The notes under the pieces: model-generated
What the model was told of the DNA's origin: nothing
The model's input: the letters and a program-made list of their open reading frames with translations, nothing else
The model's database searches: none
Made by a program: the position numbers and the translations under genes
Assembly (NCBI GenBank): GCA_903944165.1
Contig: CAJAQT010000125.1
Location: forward strand, 287-64,286
Length of the DNA stretch: 64,000 nucleotides
Origin: an uncultured Methylococcaceae bacterium
Lineage (GTDB): Bacteria; Pseudomonadota; Gammaproteobacteria; Methylococcales; Methylomonadaceae
Reading direction: 5' to 3'
Shown here: positions 1-9,158 of the stretch, in pieces
Layout of the letters: every line of letters starts with the position of its first letter
Numbering within the stretch: the stretch's first letter is position 1

Positions 1-1088
1 CCCACATTAACATTTAAAAGAATGTTTCTAAGCAGCTCATGGTCAACATCAAGCGTGACCATGGTATTTAAAACCCCTGAAGACGTACCCTGAACAGTTT
101 CATCAATGGTTCTGGTGCCTTTTGAAGTGACCGTAGTTAAGCCAGTTGGATTCCATTTTAATGACAAACCACCGGACAAACCGCTTACCGTTTTTAGTAC
201 AGGATCAACATAGTCTTGTACTTGGTAACCGACATACACATCACCCACCAATAATTTAGTAATATCAATTGAAACCCCGGTTGCACCCGAATAACCTGTT
301 GAAGACCGTTGCAAGCCATCGGCACCAAACTGTGAGTCGTAATCAATAAAATTATAATTTGCTCTAAAAAATGCTTCGTAGCTTGAACTTAATTCATAAC
401 CAAGTCTAAAAGACGAGCCATTACTGGTACGGCTTCTATTTTTATCATTTTCAATCACGGCAAAGGAAACAGGAGCCACCCCATCTTGATAATTTAATTT
501 ATTAAGCGAGTGATCGAGATTAAATCTAAAGCGATTGATTTTGTGTTCGTAACCCAAAGCGGCGGTTAACGATTGATAATTAGTAGGCTTAAGTGCCATA
601 AATCCAAATGACGGATCACCAAAAATAGATGTGGCTTGACCTCTATTTTCATATTGATTGGCATAAGCTAAATTAGCATGAGCAAAACTGGTTTTCAAAA
701 CATCAAACTTGCCATTTAAATTGAAAGAATAATTATCTTTATCCTCTGAACTATTAGAAGCATAACTTTGAAAATCACCTAGCGCAGAAAAATTTAAGGC
801 GTGTCGATTCCAATCACTTGAAATAACTGCCCCTGGCTGAATATGAAAGATTAAATCTTGAGTTGCAGTAGCCTGCGAGGAATAAATATTATCTCGCCAC
901 TCATTATTACTGCTTAAGGTCGGGAGAAATTTGAAGGTACCTAAACGCATACCAATGGGGAAATAATCTCTTTTGGCTCGCGTTAACACACCTTGCCCAC
1001 GCGCCAATTCAACACCCATTGCAAGCTGGGCATTACCAATCAGAACATTCAAAGTTACCATTAAAACAGCCGAACGTTGCCAATTCAT
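1..1088 (-). CDS. Outer-membrane beta-barrel protein of the polysaccharide-export-associated type (BBP2/VpsM-like); 3' end runs off the window
   Basis: Not in the ORF track because it has no stop in the window. Hand translation from ATG at 1088 (in-frame TGA upstream) is open to base 1: MNWQRSAVLMVTLNVLIGNAQLAMG...RLGTFKFLPTLSSNNEWRDNIY...DHELLRNILLNVNVG. Signal peptide followed by alternating amphipathic beta-strands; next to wza/wzc. Confidence 0.8.
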   Translation of the reverse strand, partial: MNWQRSAVLMVTLNVLIGNAQLAMGVELARGQGVLTRAKRDYFPIGMRLGTFKFLPTLSSNNEWRDNIYSSQATATQDLIFHIQPGAVISSDWNRHALNFSALGDFQSYASNSSEDKDNYSFNLNGKFDVLKTSFAHANLAYANQYENRGQATSIFGDPSFGFMALKPTNYQSLTAALGYEHKINRFRFNLDHSLNKLNYQDGVAPVSFAVIENDKNRSRTSNGSSFRLGYELSSSYEAFFRANYNFIDYDSQFGADGLQRSSTGYSGATGVSIDITKLLVGDVYVGYQVQDYVDPVLKTVSGLSGGLSLKWNPTGLTTVTSKGTRTIDETVQGTSSGVLNTMVTLDVDHELLRNILLNVNV

Positions 1089-1115
1089 AATGTGCTCACA
1101 ATGGGTATATCAAAC

Positions 1116-1637
1116 TTAACTGCTTGGACTTACTGATGAATAAGGCTTAACCAAACCTAACATAGCATTTTTTTGTTGCTTGTTAATTTGAGCATTTTTG
1201 AATAACGTATTGATCGTATTCATCATAGTCGTAGCAAAAGCAGTTGAACCTTTACCAGCTTTTAACAAAGCAACTGAAATCTCAGCTGTTTTCAACGGGT
1301 AAACAGCAGAGACAGCTTTAACAATTGCAGCTTGAAGCGCTGGTGTTTCTGTAACAACAGCAACAACAACGTCAGAAACCCTACGTCCGTCAACTTTTTT
1401 CACTGCCGCAGCAGTAAAAGCAGGCGCTTCGTTTTTATGCAAAGACACATACTTAGCAATGATTTTATCCGAAATTAATGGATATTTATCAAGCAAAGCA
1501 ATTGTTTGTGGAGAGGTTAACGTTGCAACACTATTAATTACATCAAGACGAGCTTGTTGTGCTTTAGTGATAGCACTTGCAAACGGAGACACAGCAATTA
1601 ATGCCACCGCCAACAATAAAGCGTTAAAAATTTTCAT
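1116..1637 (-). CDS. Secreted Ala/Val-rich hypothetical protein
   Basis: 173 aa with a clear Sec signal peptide (MKIFNALLLAVALIAVSPFASA); 27 bp upstream of and co-oriented with the beta-barrel gene. Confidence 0.8.
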   Translation of the reverse strand: MKIFNALLLAVALIAVSPFASAITKAQQARLDVINSVATLTSPQTIALLDKYPLISDKIIAKYVSLHKNEAPAFTAAAVKKVDGRRVSDVVVAVVTETPALQAAIVKAVSAVYPLKTAEISVALLKAGKGSTAFATTMMNTINTLFKNAQINKQQKNAMLGLVKPYSSVSPSS

Positions 1638-1823
1638 AAATAAATTTCCTAAAAATGCATTTTAAAAAAAAGCACCTTCACCTAAAAAAAGATGTTTAGC
1701 TAACTGTTAGCCAACACGCTCTATATCCTTAATTTTCTAAATGAAGCCACAACAATTATCAAAAATAAGCTGTTGAAATATTCAAACATTGCTTACAACC
1801 AATAACTGTCGATTGAATTTTAA

Positions 1824-1901
1824 GTGAATCTAAATAAAACTGTCAATCAATGATTAACTTCCTTCAACTTAATATACAGCTGCTGTAGAATTTAGATTCA
1901 C
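1824..1901. repeat. Perfect 12-bp inverted repeat GTGAATCTAAAT / ATTTAGATTCAC separated by 54 bp
   Basis: Read directly at 1824-1835 and 1890-1901, inside the divergent intergenic region 1638-2009. Confidence 0.75.
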
Positions 1902-2009
1902 GCGCTTACAAATTTGCATTTATCTGTCTAATTAGCCATGATAGTAAGCTTAGTATCAGAATAAAGACTAAATTATGTGTTTATTTTTATTTAACCGACG
2001 GTAAAACAA

Positions 2010-2561
2010 ATGAAAATCACCCCTCATTTTTTTCCATTATGGATTTTATATCTTATTTCTTGTGCGTTATTTGCACCGACTACTTATGCTGGGAATGACA
2101 CGCTATCTTATCGATTAGGCAGTGGCGACAAACTAAAAATCACTATATTTAATCAAGAAGATTTAAATGGTGAATACACTATTGATGGCGCTGGTAATTT
2201 TTCACTCCCTTTAGTTGGCACTATTGCCGCAAAAAATCTAAGCCTAGAAGAACTTGAGGTAAGACTTAAAGAAACCCTTAGCCCTGACTTTTTATTAAAC
2301 CCACAAATCAGTATTCAAGTGCTTAACTACCGCCCATTTTATATTTTGGGTGAAGTAGAAAAACCAGACTCTTACCCTTATGTTAGCGGTATGACTTACC
2401 TTAATGCTGTCGCTATAGCCGGTGGCTTTACCTATCGAGCTAAGCAAGACTATGTGTATGTTGTGCATAGCAATGACAGCACGCAGAAGGAAGAAAAAAC
2501 AAAAATGGATTTACCTGTTATGCCAGGCGATATTATTCGTGTAGACGAGCGCATGTTTTAA
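2010..2561 (+). CDS. wza: Short polysaccharide export protein (OPX/Wza family; Poly_export + SLBB, no C-terminal membrane helix)
   Basis: YRLGSGDKLKITIF, YTIDGAGNFSLPLVG, RPFYILGEVEKP, AVAIAGGFT, PGDIIRV motifs; only 183 aa. Confidence 0.88.
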   Translation: MKITPHFFPLWILYLISCALFAPTTYAGNDTLSYRLGSGDKLKITIFNQEDLNGEYTIDGAGNFSLPLVGTIAAKNLSLEELEVRLKETLSPDFLLNPQISIQVLNYRPFYILGEVEKPDSYPYVSGMTYLNAVAIAGGFTYRAKQDYVYVVHSNDSTQKEEKTKMDLPVMPGDIIRVDERMF

Positions 2562-2625
2562 ACGGCGCCTCAACGCCCCATACGCCTTAACTTTTTGATT
2601 TTAACTTGTTACCCACGGAAACCTT

Positions 2626-4875
2626 ATGTCACAAAGCAACTACCCTCCTATTCAAAACTATAGCGAGGCTGCTTTTCAAGATGAAAGCTCAATATCTCTT
2701 AATCATATCTTTCATATATTCTGGTTGCGAAAAACCATATTTATTGCCGTATTTGTATTTATTTTTATTGCTGGCACCGTCGTCTTATATCAACTAACAC
2801 CTAAATTCACCACCGAAACAAAAATTTTAGTGGGGATAGATAAAGCCAAGGTTGTTGATGTTGAAGCCGTACTAAGTGGCAACTTAGGCACTGATAGCGC
2901 GGTAAAAAGCGAAACCGAAGTGCTTACCTCAAAAGGCTTAGCTAAAAAAATCATCACTAAGCTTGGCTTGCTTAATATGGAGGAATTTAATCCTAATCTT
3001 AAAGAAAAAAGCTTCTTTGCAGATATTAGCCCCTCTACTTGGTTTTCTGATGAATTCAAAGCATCTATTGGCTTACTTAGCAAAAAAGAGCCGCTTACCG
3101 AAGAGGAAACTGAAGAACGCCTCATGGCCACCGCAACCAATATTTACTTAAGTAAATTAAAAGCCGCGCCCGTTAGAGGTTCTCAAGTTATTTCCGTGTC
3201 GTTTGAGTCTCCAGATCCTAAGTTAGCTGCGCAGATTACTAATACCCACGCAGATAGCTACATTATTGGTCAACTTGAAGCTAAATTTGAAGCCACCCAA
3301 AAAGCATCTTCATGGCTAAATGAGCAACTCTCGGGCTTACGTTCAAAAGTTGAAGCCTCAGAACGAGCGGTTGAGGTCTATCGTAAAGATCATGGTTTAA
3401 GCAAAGGTACCAACGAATCTGGCTTAGTTGGCGAGCAACTGTCTGAAATTAATAGCCAATTGATTATTGCCAAAGCAGAACGTGCAGAAAAAGCAGCGCG
3501 CCTTACACAAGTCACGCAATTACTGCGTAATGGCACTGATATTGAAACGGCTAGCGAAGTATTGTCATCAACGTTAATTCAAAATTTACGTCAAGAAGAA
3601 GCCGAGCTGCAACGCAAAGTTTCAGAAATGTCTGTGGAATTAGGTGCAAAACATCCTAAATTAATCAGAATTAATGCTGAAATTCTTGATCTTAGGGGCA
3701 AAATAAAATCTGAAATCACTAAAATTGCGTCTGGACTCAAAAACGAACTTAACATTGCCAGCACCCGCGAAGCCAGCTTGCAAAGCAGTTTACAATCCCA
3801 AGAGAATAAATCAGGCTCGCACCGCGAAGAAGAGGTGCAATTACGCGCTCTGGAAAGAGAAGCCAATGCTAACAAAGTATTATTTGAAACCTTCTTAAAC
3901 CGTTTTAAAGAAACGTCATCAACACAAGGTATGGAAGAAGCGGATGCTCGCGTTATTTCAGCAGCGGAAGTTCCTGTATCACCCTCTTTTCCAAAGAAAA
4001 ATATGATGCTGGCATTAATCGCGGTACTTGCCGTAATTTCTGGCACTGCGGTAATCTTTGTTTTAGAAATGCTGCATCCTGGCTTAAGAACCCCAGAAGA
4101 AATCGAACGTTTCTTAGGGATTCCAGCCATTGCCTTGCTACCCCAAATTGATAAAAAACTTGATCCTTTCAATTATGTATTAGATAAACCTCATTCCAGC
4201 CTGAGTGAAGCACTCAGCTCTTTACGGGTATCTTTAATGCTATCTGATCCAGATAAAAATGTGCAAACGGTAATGATCACCTCGTCATTACCAGGGGAAG
4301 GAAAAAGTACCACGGCGCTGAGTTTAGCAAGAAGCACCGCGTTTTCAGGTCAAAAAGTTATTGTTATCGATGCTGACTTTCGTCGCCCCACTATTGAAAA
4401 GAAATTAAATATCAATTCGAATACTAAAGGCCTTACCGATTATATTTTGGCACACGATGGCAAATACACGGACTTCATCTTTAAAGACGACCGTACCAAT
4501 ATGTACATCATGACTAAGGGTAAAGCTGATTATGTTAATCCTGTGGACATTTTATCCTCTCACAAAATGGAAGCCTTCTTGTTGGAATTGAAACAAAATT
4601 TCGATTTGATTATTATTGATACACCACCTGTTATGGCCGTAACCGATGCACGGGTATTAGCCTCACTGGTTGATAAAACATTATTTGTGGTAAATTGGGA
4701 TAAAACCCCTAGACAAGTGGTTAAAACAGGGCTTGAAGAGTTACTCAAAGCCAACCCAAGCATAGCTGGAATTGTCTTACAACAAGTTAATTTTAAAGAG
4801 TACAGCAGTTACAGTTATGGCGAATCTGGGTATTACTATAACTACAGTAAATATGGTCAATACTATAAAGACTAA
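2626..4875 (+). CDS. wzc: Polysaccharide co-polymerase / BY tyrosine kinase (Wzc/GumC/ExoP family)
   Basis: Two TM segments flanking a coiled-coil periplasmic domain; Walker A GEGKST, A' VIDADFRRP, B IIIDTPP; Tyr-rich tail YSSYSYGESGYYYNYSKYGQYY. Confidence 0.93.
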   Translation: MSQSNYPPIQNYSEAAFQDESSISLNHIFHIFWLRKTIFIAVFVFIFIAGTVVLYQLTPKFTTETKILVGIDKAKVVDVEAVLSGNLGTDSAVKSETEVLTSKGLAKKIITKLGLLNMEEFNPNLKEKSFFADISPSTWFSDEFKASIGLLSKKEPLTEEETEERLMATATNIYLSKLKAAPVRGSQVISVSFESPDPKLAAQITNTHADSYIIGQLEAKFEATQKASSWLNEQLSGLRSKVEASERAVEVYRKDHGLSKGTNESGLVGEQLSEINSQLIIAKAERAEKAARLTQVTQLLRNGTDIETASEVLSSTLIQNLRQEEAELQRKVSEMSVELGAKHPKLIRINAEILDLRGKIKSEITKIASGLKNELNIASTREASLQSSLQSQENKSGSHREEEVQLRALEREANANKVLFETFLNRFKETSSTQGMEEADARVISAAEVPVSPSFPKKNMMLALIAVLAVISGTAVIFVLEMLHPGLRTPEEIERFLGIPAIALLPQIDKKLDPFNYVLDKPHSSLSEALSSLRVSLMLSDPDKNVQTVMITSSLPGEGKSTTALSLARSTAFSGQKVIVIDADFRRPTIEKKLNINSNTKGLTDYILAHDGKYTDFIFKDDRTNMYIMTKGKADYVNPVDILSSHKMEAFLLELKQNFDLIIIDTPPVMAVTDARVLASLVDKTLFVVNWDKTPRQVVKTGLEELLKANPSIAGIVLQQVNFKEYSSYSYGESGYYYNYSKYGQYYKD

Positions 4876-4883
4876 GTAACGCG

Positions 4884-5591
4884 ATGATATCTACAGAAGA
4901 AAAATTTGTTTTCCAAAAAATAGTTACTGGCATCATTCTGTTATTCAGTGTGTGTTTATTGGTCATTGCCTGGCCGCGCAGCAGAGCCGCCTTGGATTTT
5001 TTACCCGCTAAATATGCACTTGAAAAAATCAATAAAAATGAAGTCTTAGAAGAAGAAGACATTGCAACTGCGCTTGAGCAAACTGAGCAAAGTGCGGGTA
5101 TTTTTGCAGATCCTCGCTATTCAGAAGGCATGAGTCAGCTTTTATTACTTGATGCTCAAAATAATGAATCATTAGAGGCGACAGACAAAGAATCCTTAGC
5201 ACTCGCTAAAGAAAGCGCTGAACAAGCCCTTTCTTTAGCACCAGCAAACGCACTGTTATGGTATCGACTTGCCGTACTTAATGGCTTACTCAATGCTTCA
5301 CCCGATGAAATAAAAAAAGCACTGCTCATGTCAATGATGACAGGTCCTAATGAAATGGGCATCATGCTCCCTAGATTACACATGAGTCTAGTGCTGTTTG
5401 CCCTGTTTGAAGACGATGATAAAGAGCAGGTCATTAATCAAATCATCACTGTATGGACGCTTTCACCTGCTGAGTTTTTACCCATTGTCAAAAATAATAT
5501 CGCCCTTATGGACGCGATAAAATCATTACTCACTCCTCGCCATACCACTGAGCTAAGTGAAATGGAGAAAGCCCTTGAAGAGCATCTTTAA
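4884..5591 (+). CDS. Membrane-anchored helical/TPR-like protein of the EPS operon
   Basis: One N-terminal TM segment; TPR-like ALSLAPANALLWYRLA; starts 8 bp after the wzc stop. Confidence 0.65.
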   Translation: MISTEEKFVFQKIVTGIILLFSVCLLVIAWPRSRAALDFLPAKYALEKINKNEVLEEEDIATALEQTEQSAGIFADPRYSEGMSQLLLLDAQNNESLEATDKESLALAKESAEQALSLAPANALLWYRLAVLNGLLNASPDEIKKALLMSMMTGPNEMGIMLPRLHMSLVLFALFEDDDKEQVINQIITVWTLSPAEFLPIVKNNIALMDAIKSLLTPRHTTELSEMEKALEEHL

Positions 5592-6351
5592 TTCGTTTTT
5601 TAAAAAAACCGCCCCTACACCTGCCATAAACCCTTATTTACCTGATGGCTTACGGGTTTATTGTATAGGTGATATTCATGGTCGCTATGACTTACTTTGC
5701 CAACTTCATGACAAAATCACTGAGGATGCAGAAACTTTCTTAGGGCAAAAAGTCATTATTTATTTGGGTGATTTTATTGATCGCGGCTTACACTCAAAAG
5801 ACGTGATTGACTGCCTAAGCAAACAAACAAACGCAGGAGTTGAGTATATTTATTTGCGTGGCAATCATGAACAAACTCTATTGGACTTCCTTCAAGAAGA
5901 CTCCGTTGGGCGCTCTTGGTTAACCTACGGCGGGCAAGCCACCTTAGCAAGCTACGGCGTATCCATTGCAAAAATCCCCACTAAACGCGAAGATTTTATC
6001 GAGTTACAAGCGCAATTAAGAAAGAACTTACCTGAAGCACATTATAAATTTCTTGTTGCAACCCGCTTATCTCATCAGCTTGGTAATTATTTTTTTGTCC
6101 ATGCAGGCATTAATCCACAGCTGCCGCTTCATAAACAAAATAGCGAGGACATGCTTTGGATTCGCGACGCCTTTACCGAAACAACCAAGTCGTTTGAAAA
6201 AATCATTGTTCATGGTCATACCGTCACTGAGCACGCCGAATTGTTAGCAAATAGAATTGGTATCGACACGGGTGCTTACGCGAGCAGCGTACTCACTTGC
6301 CTAGTACTAGAAGGCGCGACCCAAGCACTTATCCAAACTAAAGCAAGTTAA
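5557..6351 (+). CDS. Calcineurin-like metallophosphoesterase (PPP-family Ser/Thr/Tyr protein phosphatase)
   Basis: Full motif set GDIHG, GDFIDRG, RGNHE, HAG, HGHT, IDTGA. The start codon is uncertain. Confidence 0.9.
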   Translation: MKWRKPLKSIFNSFFKKTAPTPAINPYLPDGLRVYCIGDIHGRYDLLCQLHDKITEDAETFLGQKVIIYLGDFIDRGLHSKDVIDCLSKQTNAGVEYIYLRGNHEQTLLDFLQEDSVGRSWLTYGGQATLASYGVSIAKIPTKREDFIELQAQLRKNLPEAHYKFLVATRLSHQLGNYFFVHAGINPQLPLHKQNSEDMLWIRDAFTETTKSFEKIIVHGHTVTEHAELLANRIGIDTGAYASSVLTCLVLEGATQALIQTKAS

Positions 6352-6416
6352 TGGGTAAGCTAAACACCGCCCCGCTAGCATTAAAAATACTACCTTAACA
6401 AAAGAAGGAGCCTGTC

Positions 6417-6824
6417 ATGTTTGAGTTACTCTTTGTTTTAACCACTATTTTTGTTGCCTCTATTTTTTATCAGACAGTCAACAAACAAAAGCAAGAGGCC
6501 ATCAACACACCCACTATTCAATCAAACCTTGCAACCACGGCACCTTTATCAGAAACGCCCATACTTGCCACTCAAAATTCCACCCCAAAAACAGCTAAAA
6601 CGAAGCCTAGCACCAAAAAAGGGAGTATTAAAAATCCCCTCACTGGTGAAACAGCTACCATAGCAAGCAACTACCGCTTCACCAAACGCTGGATTAAAGA
6701 GGCTCTAGTTACCGAAGGATTGTTGACTAAAGTCTACAAAAACAATGAACTAAACGAAGAGTCCGAGGCACTTATTAAAACCGCAATGCTTGCATTAGAA
6801 GCTTTAAATAAATATCAACACTAA
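6417..6824 (+). CDS. Hypothetical protein: N-terminal membrane anchor, Thr/Pro/Lys linker, small C-terminal domain
   Basis: RBS GAAGGAG upstream of the ATG; hydrophobic residues 3-18; 135-aa ORF. Confidence 0.7.
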   Translation: MFELLFVLTTIFVASIFYQTVNKQKQEAINTPTIQSNLATTAPLSETPILATQNSTPKTAKTKPSTKKGSIKNPLTGETATIASNYRFTKRWIKEALVTEGLLTKVYKNNELNEESEALIKTAMLALEALNKYQH

Positions 6825-6897
6825 ACCATCTCTTTATTTACGTAAAGGACCGCTTTATTCACCGCTTAACACCCTGAAATATGATAAAATCACGTTG

Positions 6898-7266
6898 AAA
6901 GAGTTGGCTGGACAGTCGCTGTTTTATGGTTATTAATCATAGAATGGAGGAAAGTCCGGGCTCCATTGGGCGAAGTGCCAGGTAACGCCTGGGAGGCGTG
7001 AGCCTACGGCAAGTGCCACAGAAAATATACCGCCTGCTGACTAACAGCAATGCTTGTCAATAGGTAAGGGTGAAATGGTGCGGTAAGAGCGCACCGCGCC
7101 ACTGGTAACAGGGGCGGCAGGGTAAACCCCACTTGGAGCAAGATCAAATAGAGAAGCAGACGCGCGGCCCGTGCGGCTTCTGGGTAGATTGCTTGAGCTG
7201 CAGGGCGACCTGTAGCCTAGATGAATGACTGTTCACGACAGAACCCGGCTTACAGGCCAACTCTTT
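6898..7266 (+). ncRNA. rnpB: RNase P RNA, bacterial type A
   Basis: Universal GAGGAAAGTCCGGGC (P4 5') and ACAGAACCCGGCTTA (P4 3') motifs; GTGCCACAGAAA and GGTGCGGTAAGAGCGCACC; terminal helix AAAGAGTTGGC...GCCAACTCTTT. Confidence 0.97.
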
Positions 7267-7645
7267 CTTATTACAATTTCAACCCAGCAACACCATCAGC
7301 ACACCTGCCTTTTACACAATCCCTACGCGCAACACCCTACTGTTTTTTATACTCACTCTCGCGTCTTTTCTTTCGACTGTATGCGTGAACACACGCATTG
7401 CCTAGTCACATTTATGCAAAAAAAACGGCTATCTCATTAACTATAAAACGCCCCAACACAGTATTTTTCAGAAAAAATACACATCACCTCTTACTAGCAA
7501 TTTAATTCATGCACTTTATCAACTAATCAATCCACCTTATTGATTAATCGTATGAATTTATTTTTTTACTTTTATTCCCCAAAATTAACCATAATCATTG
7601 CTGTAAGTCATTGTCAAAAAAGAAAGAATTTTAACGAAATGATTC

Positions 7646-7674
7646 TTGACTAAGTTCATTTTGAATTCTATAGT
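7646..7674 (+). promoter_or_regulatory. sigma70 promoter of the dcw operon (TTGACT-17 bp-TATAGT)
   Basis: -35 TTGACT 7646-7651, 17-nt spacer, -10 TATAGT 7669-7674; about 70 bp upstream of mraZ. Confidence 0.8.
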
Positions 7675-7697
7675 GGTCAATATGTGGAGAAAAGTGG
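7673..7697 (+). promoter_or_regulatory. Putative MraZ operator: three GTGG direct repeats about one helical turn apart
   Basis: GTGG at 7673, 7684 and 7694, overlapping the -10 and start region; matches the known (G)TGG-N repeat architecture of MraZ binding sites. Confidence 0.65.
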
Positions 7698-7745
7698 CGT
7701 TTAATTGATGAGATATGGTTTTTTTATCAAGCAATGGGGTAAGAT

Positions 7746-8213
7746 TTGTTTCGCGGAATTAGCACGCTTAATTTAGATGATAAAGGACGCATTGCGATGC
7801 CAACGCGGTATCGTGAAAACATCCATGCGTGTTGTGATCGTCAATTAATTATCACCGTTGCAGTAAATGAACGTTGCCTTGGTGAACTAGGTTGCTTATG
7901 GCTTTACCCATTACCTGAATGGGAAAAGCTAGAAAACACCATTAGCCAATTACCCACCTTAAACAAAATGGCAGGCAAACTACGCCGATTTTTAATTGGT
8001 AACGCCACTGAATGCGACATGGACGCACAAGGTAGGTTGCTATTGCCAGAAAAGCTACGAACATTTGCCAATATGGATAAAAAACTTGTGTTGGTTGGTC
8101 AGCTTAATAAATTTGAAGTGTGGAATGACTCGGCATGGCAAGCCAAAGAACAAGCGTGGATGACAGAAGATGACAACGATGGCTTAGCAGAATTAGGGAC
8201 ATTATCGTTTTAA
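7746..8213 (+). CDS. mraZ: Division/cell wall cluster transcriptional repressor MraZ
   Basis: MFRG...LDDKGRIAMP and DAQGRLLLP duplicated AbrB-like motifs; TTG start. Confidence 0.96.
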   Translation: MFRGISTLNLDDKGRIAMPTRYRENIHACCDRQLIITVAVNERCLGELGCLWLYPLPEWEKLENTISQLPTLNKMAGKLRRFLIGNATECDMDAQGRLLLPEKLRTFANMDKKLVLVGQLNKFEVWNDSAWQAKEQAWMTEDDNDGLAELGTLSF

Positions 8214-8231
8214 ACCAGTGAGGATGCGCTA

Positions 8232-9158
8232 TTGGAACACCGACCCGTCATGCTTGCAGAAGCATTAGAGCAACTTGAGTTAAAACAAGACGGCCTCTAC
8301 ATAGATTGTACATTTGGGCGTGGCGGTCATAGCTCTGCACTATTAAAGTCTCTTGATAGCACTGGAAAATTAATTGCATTTGATCAAGACATCACTGCGC
8401 ATACCTCTGACGCGGCGATAACTTTGGCACAAGACAACAGATTTACCTTACTACACAAGCCGTTTTCAACCTTACAATTAGCCTGTCAGCAGCTTGGCAT
8501 TGAAGGAAAAGTCAATGGCATACTGATTGACTTAGGCGTGTCCTCGCCGCAACTTGATAACGCAGAACGTGGCTTCAGTTTTTTAAGAGATGGCCCCTTA
8601 GATATGCGGATGAACACCACACAAGGTCTAACTGCTGAAGCATGGTTAAAAATTACCAGTGAATCAGCAATAGTCAAGGTGTTATTTGATTATGGTGAAG
8701 AACGCTTTGCTAGAAAAATTGCTAAAGCCATCATAACAACGCGCGAACACACGCCACTTGTGTCCACAAAACAATTGGCAGATATCGTTGCTAATGCTGT
8801 GCCTTTCCATGATCGGCATAAACATCCTGCAACCCGAACATTTCAAGCAATACGCATTGCCATCAATGCCGAACTTGATGAATTAACAGCCGTTTTAGAT
8901 CAGGCAATTCAGGTTTTAAGGCCTGGCGGACGTTTAGTTGTGATTAGCTTTCATTCCTTAGAAGATCGTCTTGTAAAGCGTTTTTTTAGAGCCGAGTCAG
9001 GTGCAAAATACAACCCTGGCAGATTTCCTATTCGGGAAAGTGATATTTGCAAAGGTGCTTTAAAAACATGTGGCAAAGCGATTAAAGCAAGTGCTGAAGA
9101 GCTACGGCATAATCCTAGAGCACGCAGTGCCATAATGCGTGTCACAGAGAAAATGTAA
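8232..9158 (+). CDS. rsmH: 16S rRNA m4C1402 methyltransferase
   Basis: HRPVML, DCTFGRGGHS, DLGVSSPQLD, RGFSF..DGPLDMRM, ISFHSLEDR, NPRARSA; TTG start. Confidence 0.97.
   Translation: MEHRPVMLAEALEQLELKQDGLYIDCTFGRGGHSSALLKSLDSTGKLIAFDQDITAHTSDAAITLAQDNRFTLLHKPFSTLQLACQQLGIEGKVNGILIDLGVSSPQLDNAERGFSFLRDGPLDMRMNTTQGLTAEAWLKITSESAIVKVLFDYGEERFARKIAKAIITTREHTPLVSTKQLADIVANAVPFHDRHKHPATRTFQAIRIAINAELDELTAVLDQAIQVLRPGGRLVVISFHSLEDRLVKRFFRAESGAKYNPGRFPIRESDICKGALKTCGKAIKASAEELRHNPRARSAIMRVTEKM

Noticed and set aside
1996-2004. GACGGTAA before wza as an ops/JUMPStart element
   Set aside because: Only a partial match to GGCGGTAG, with no JUMPStart context.
7381-7398. 7-bp palindrome ATGCGTG-AACA-CACGCAT after rnpB
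   Set aside because: No U-tract or second copy; cannot be assigned a function.
7225-7440. 71-aa ORF
   Set aside because: It starts inside the conserved 3' end of rnpB and has no recognisable features.
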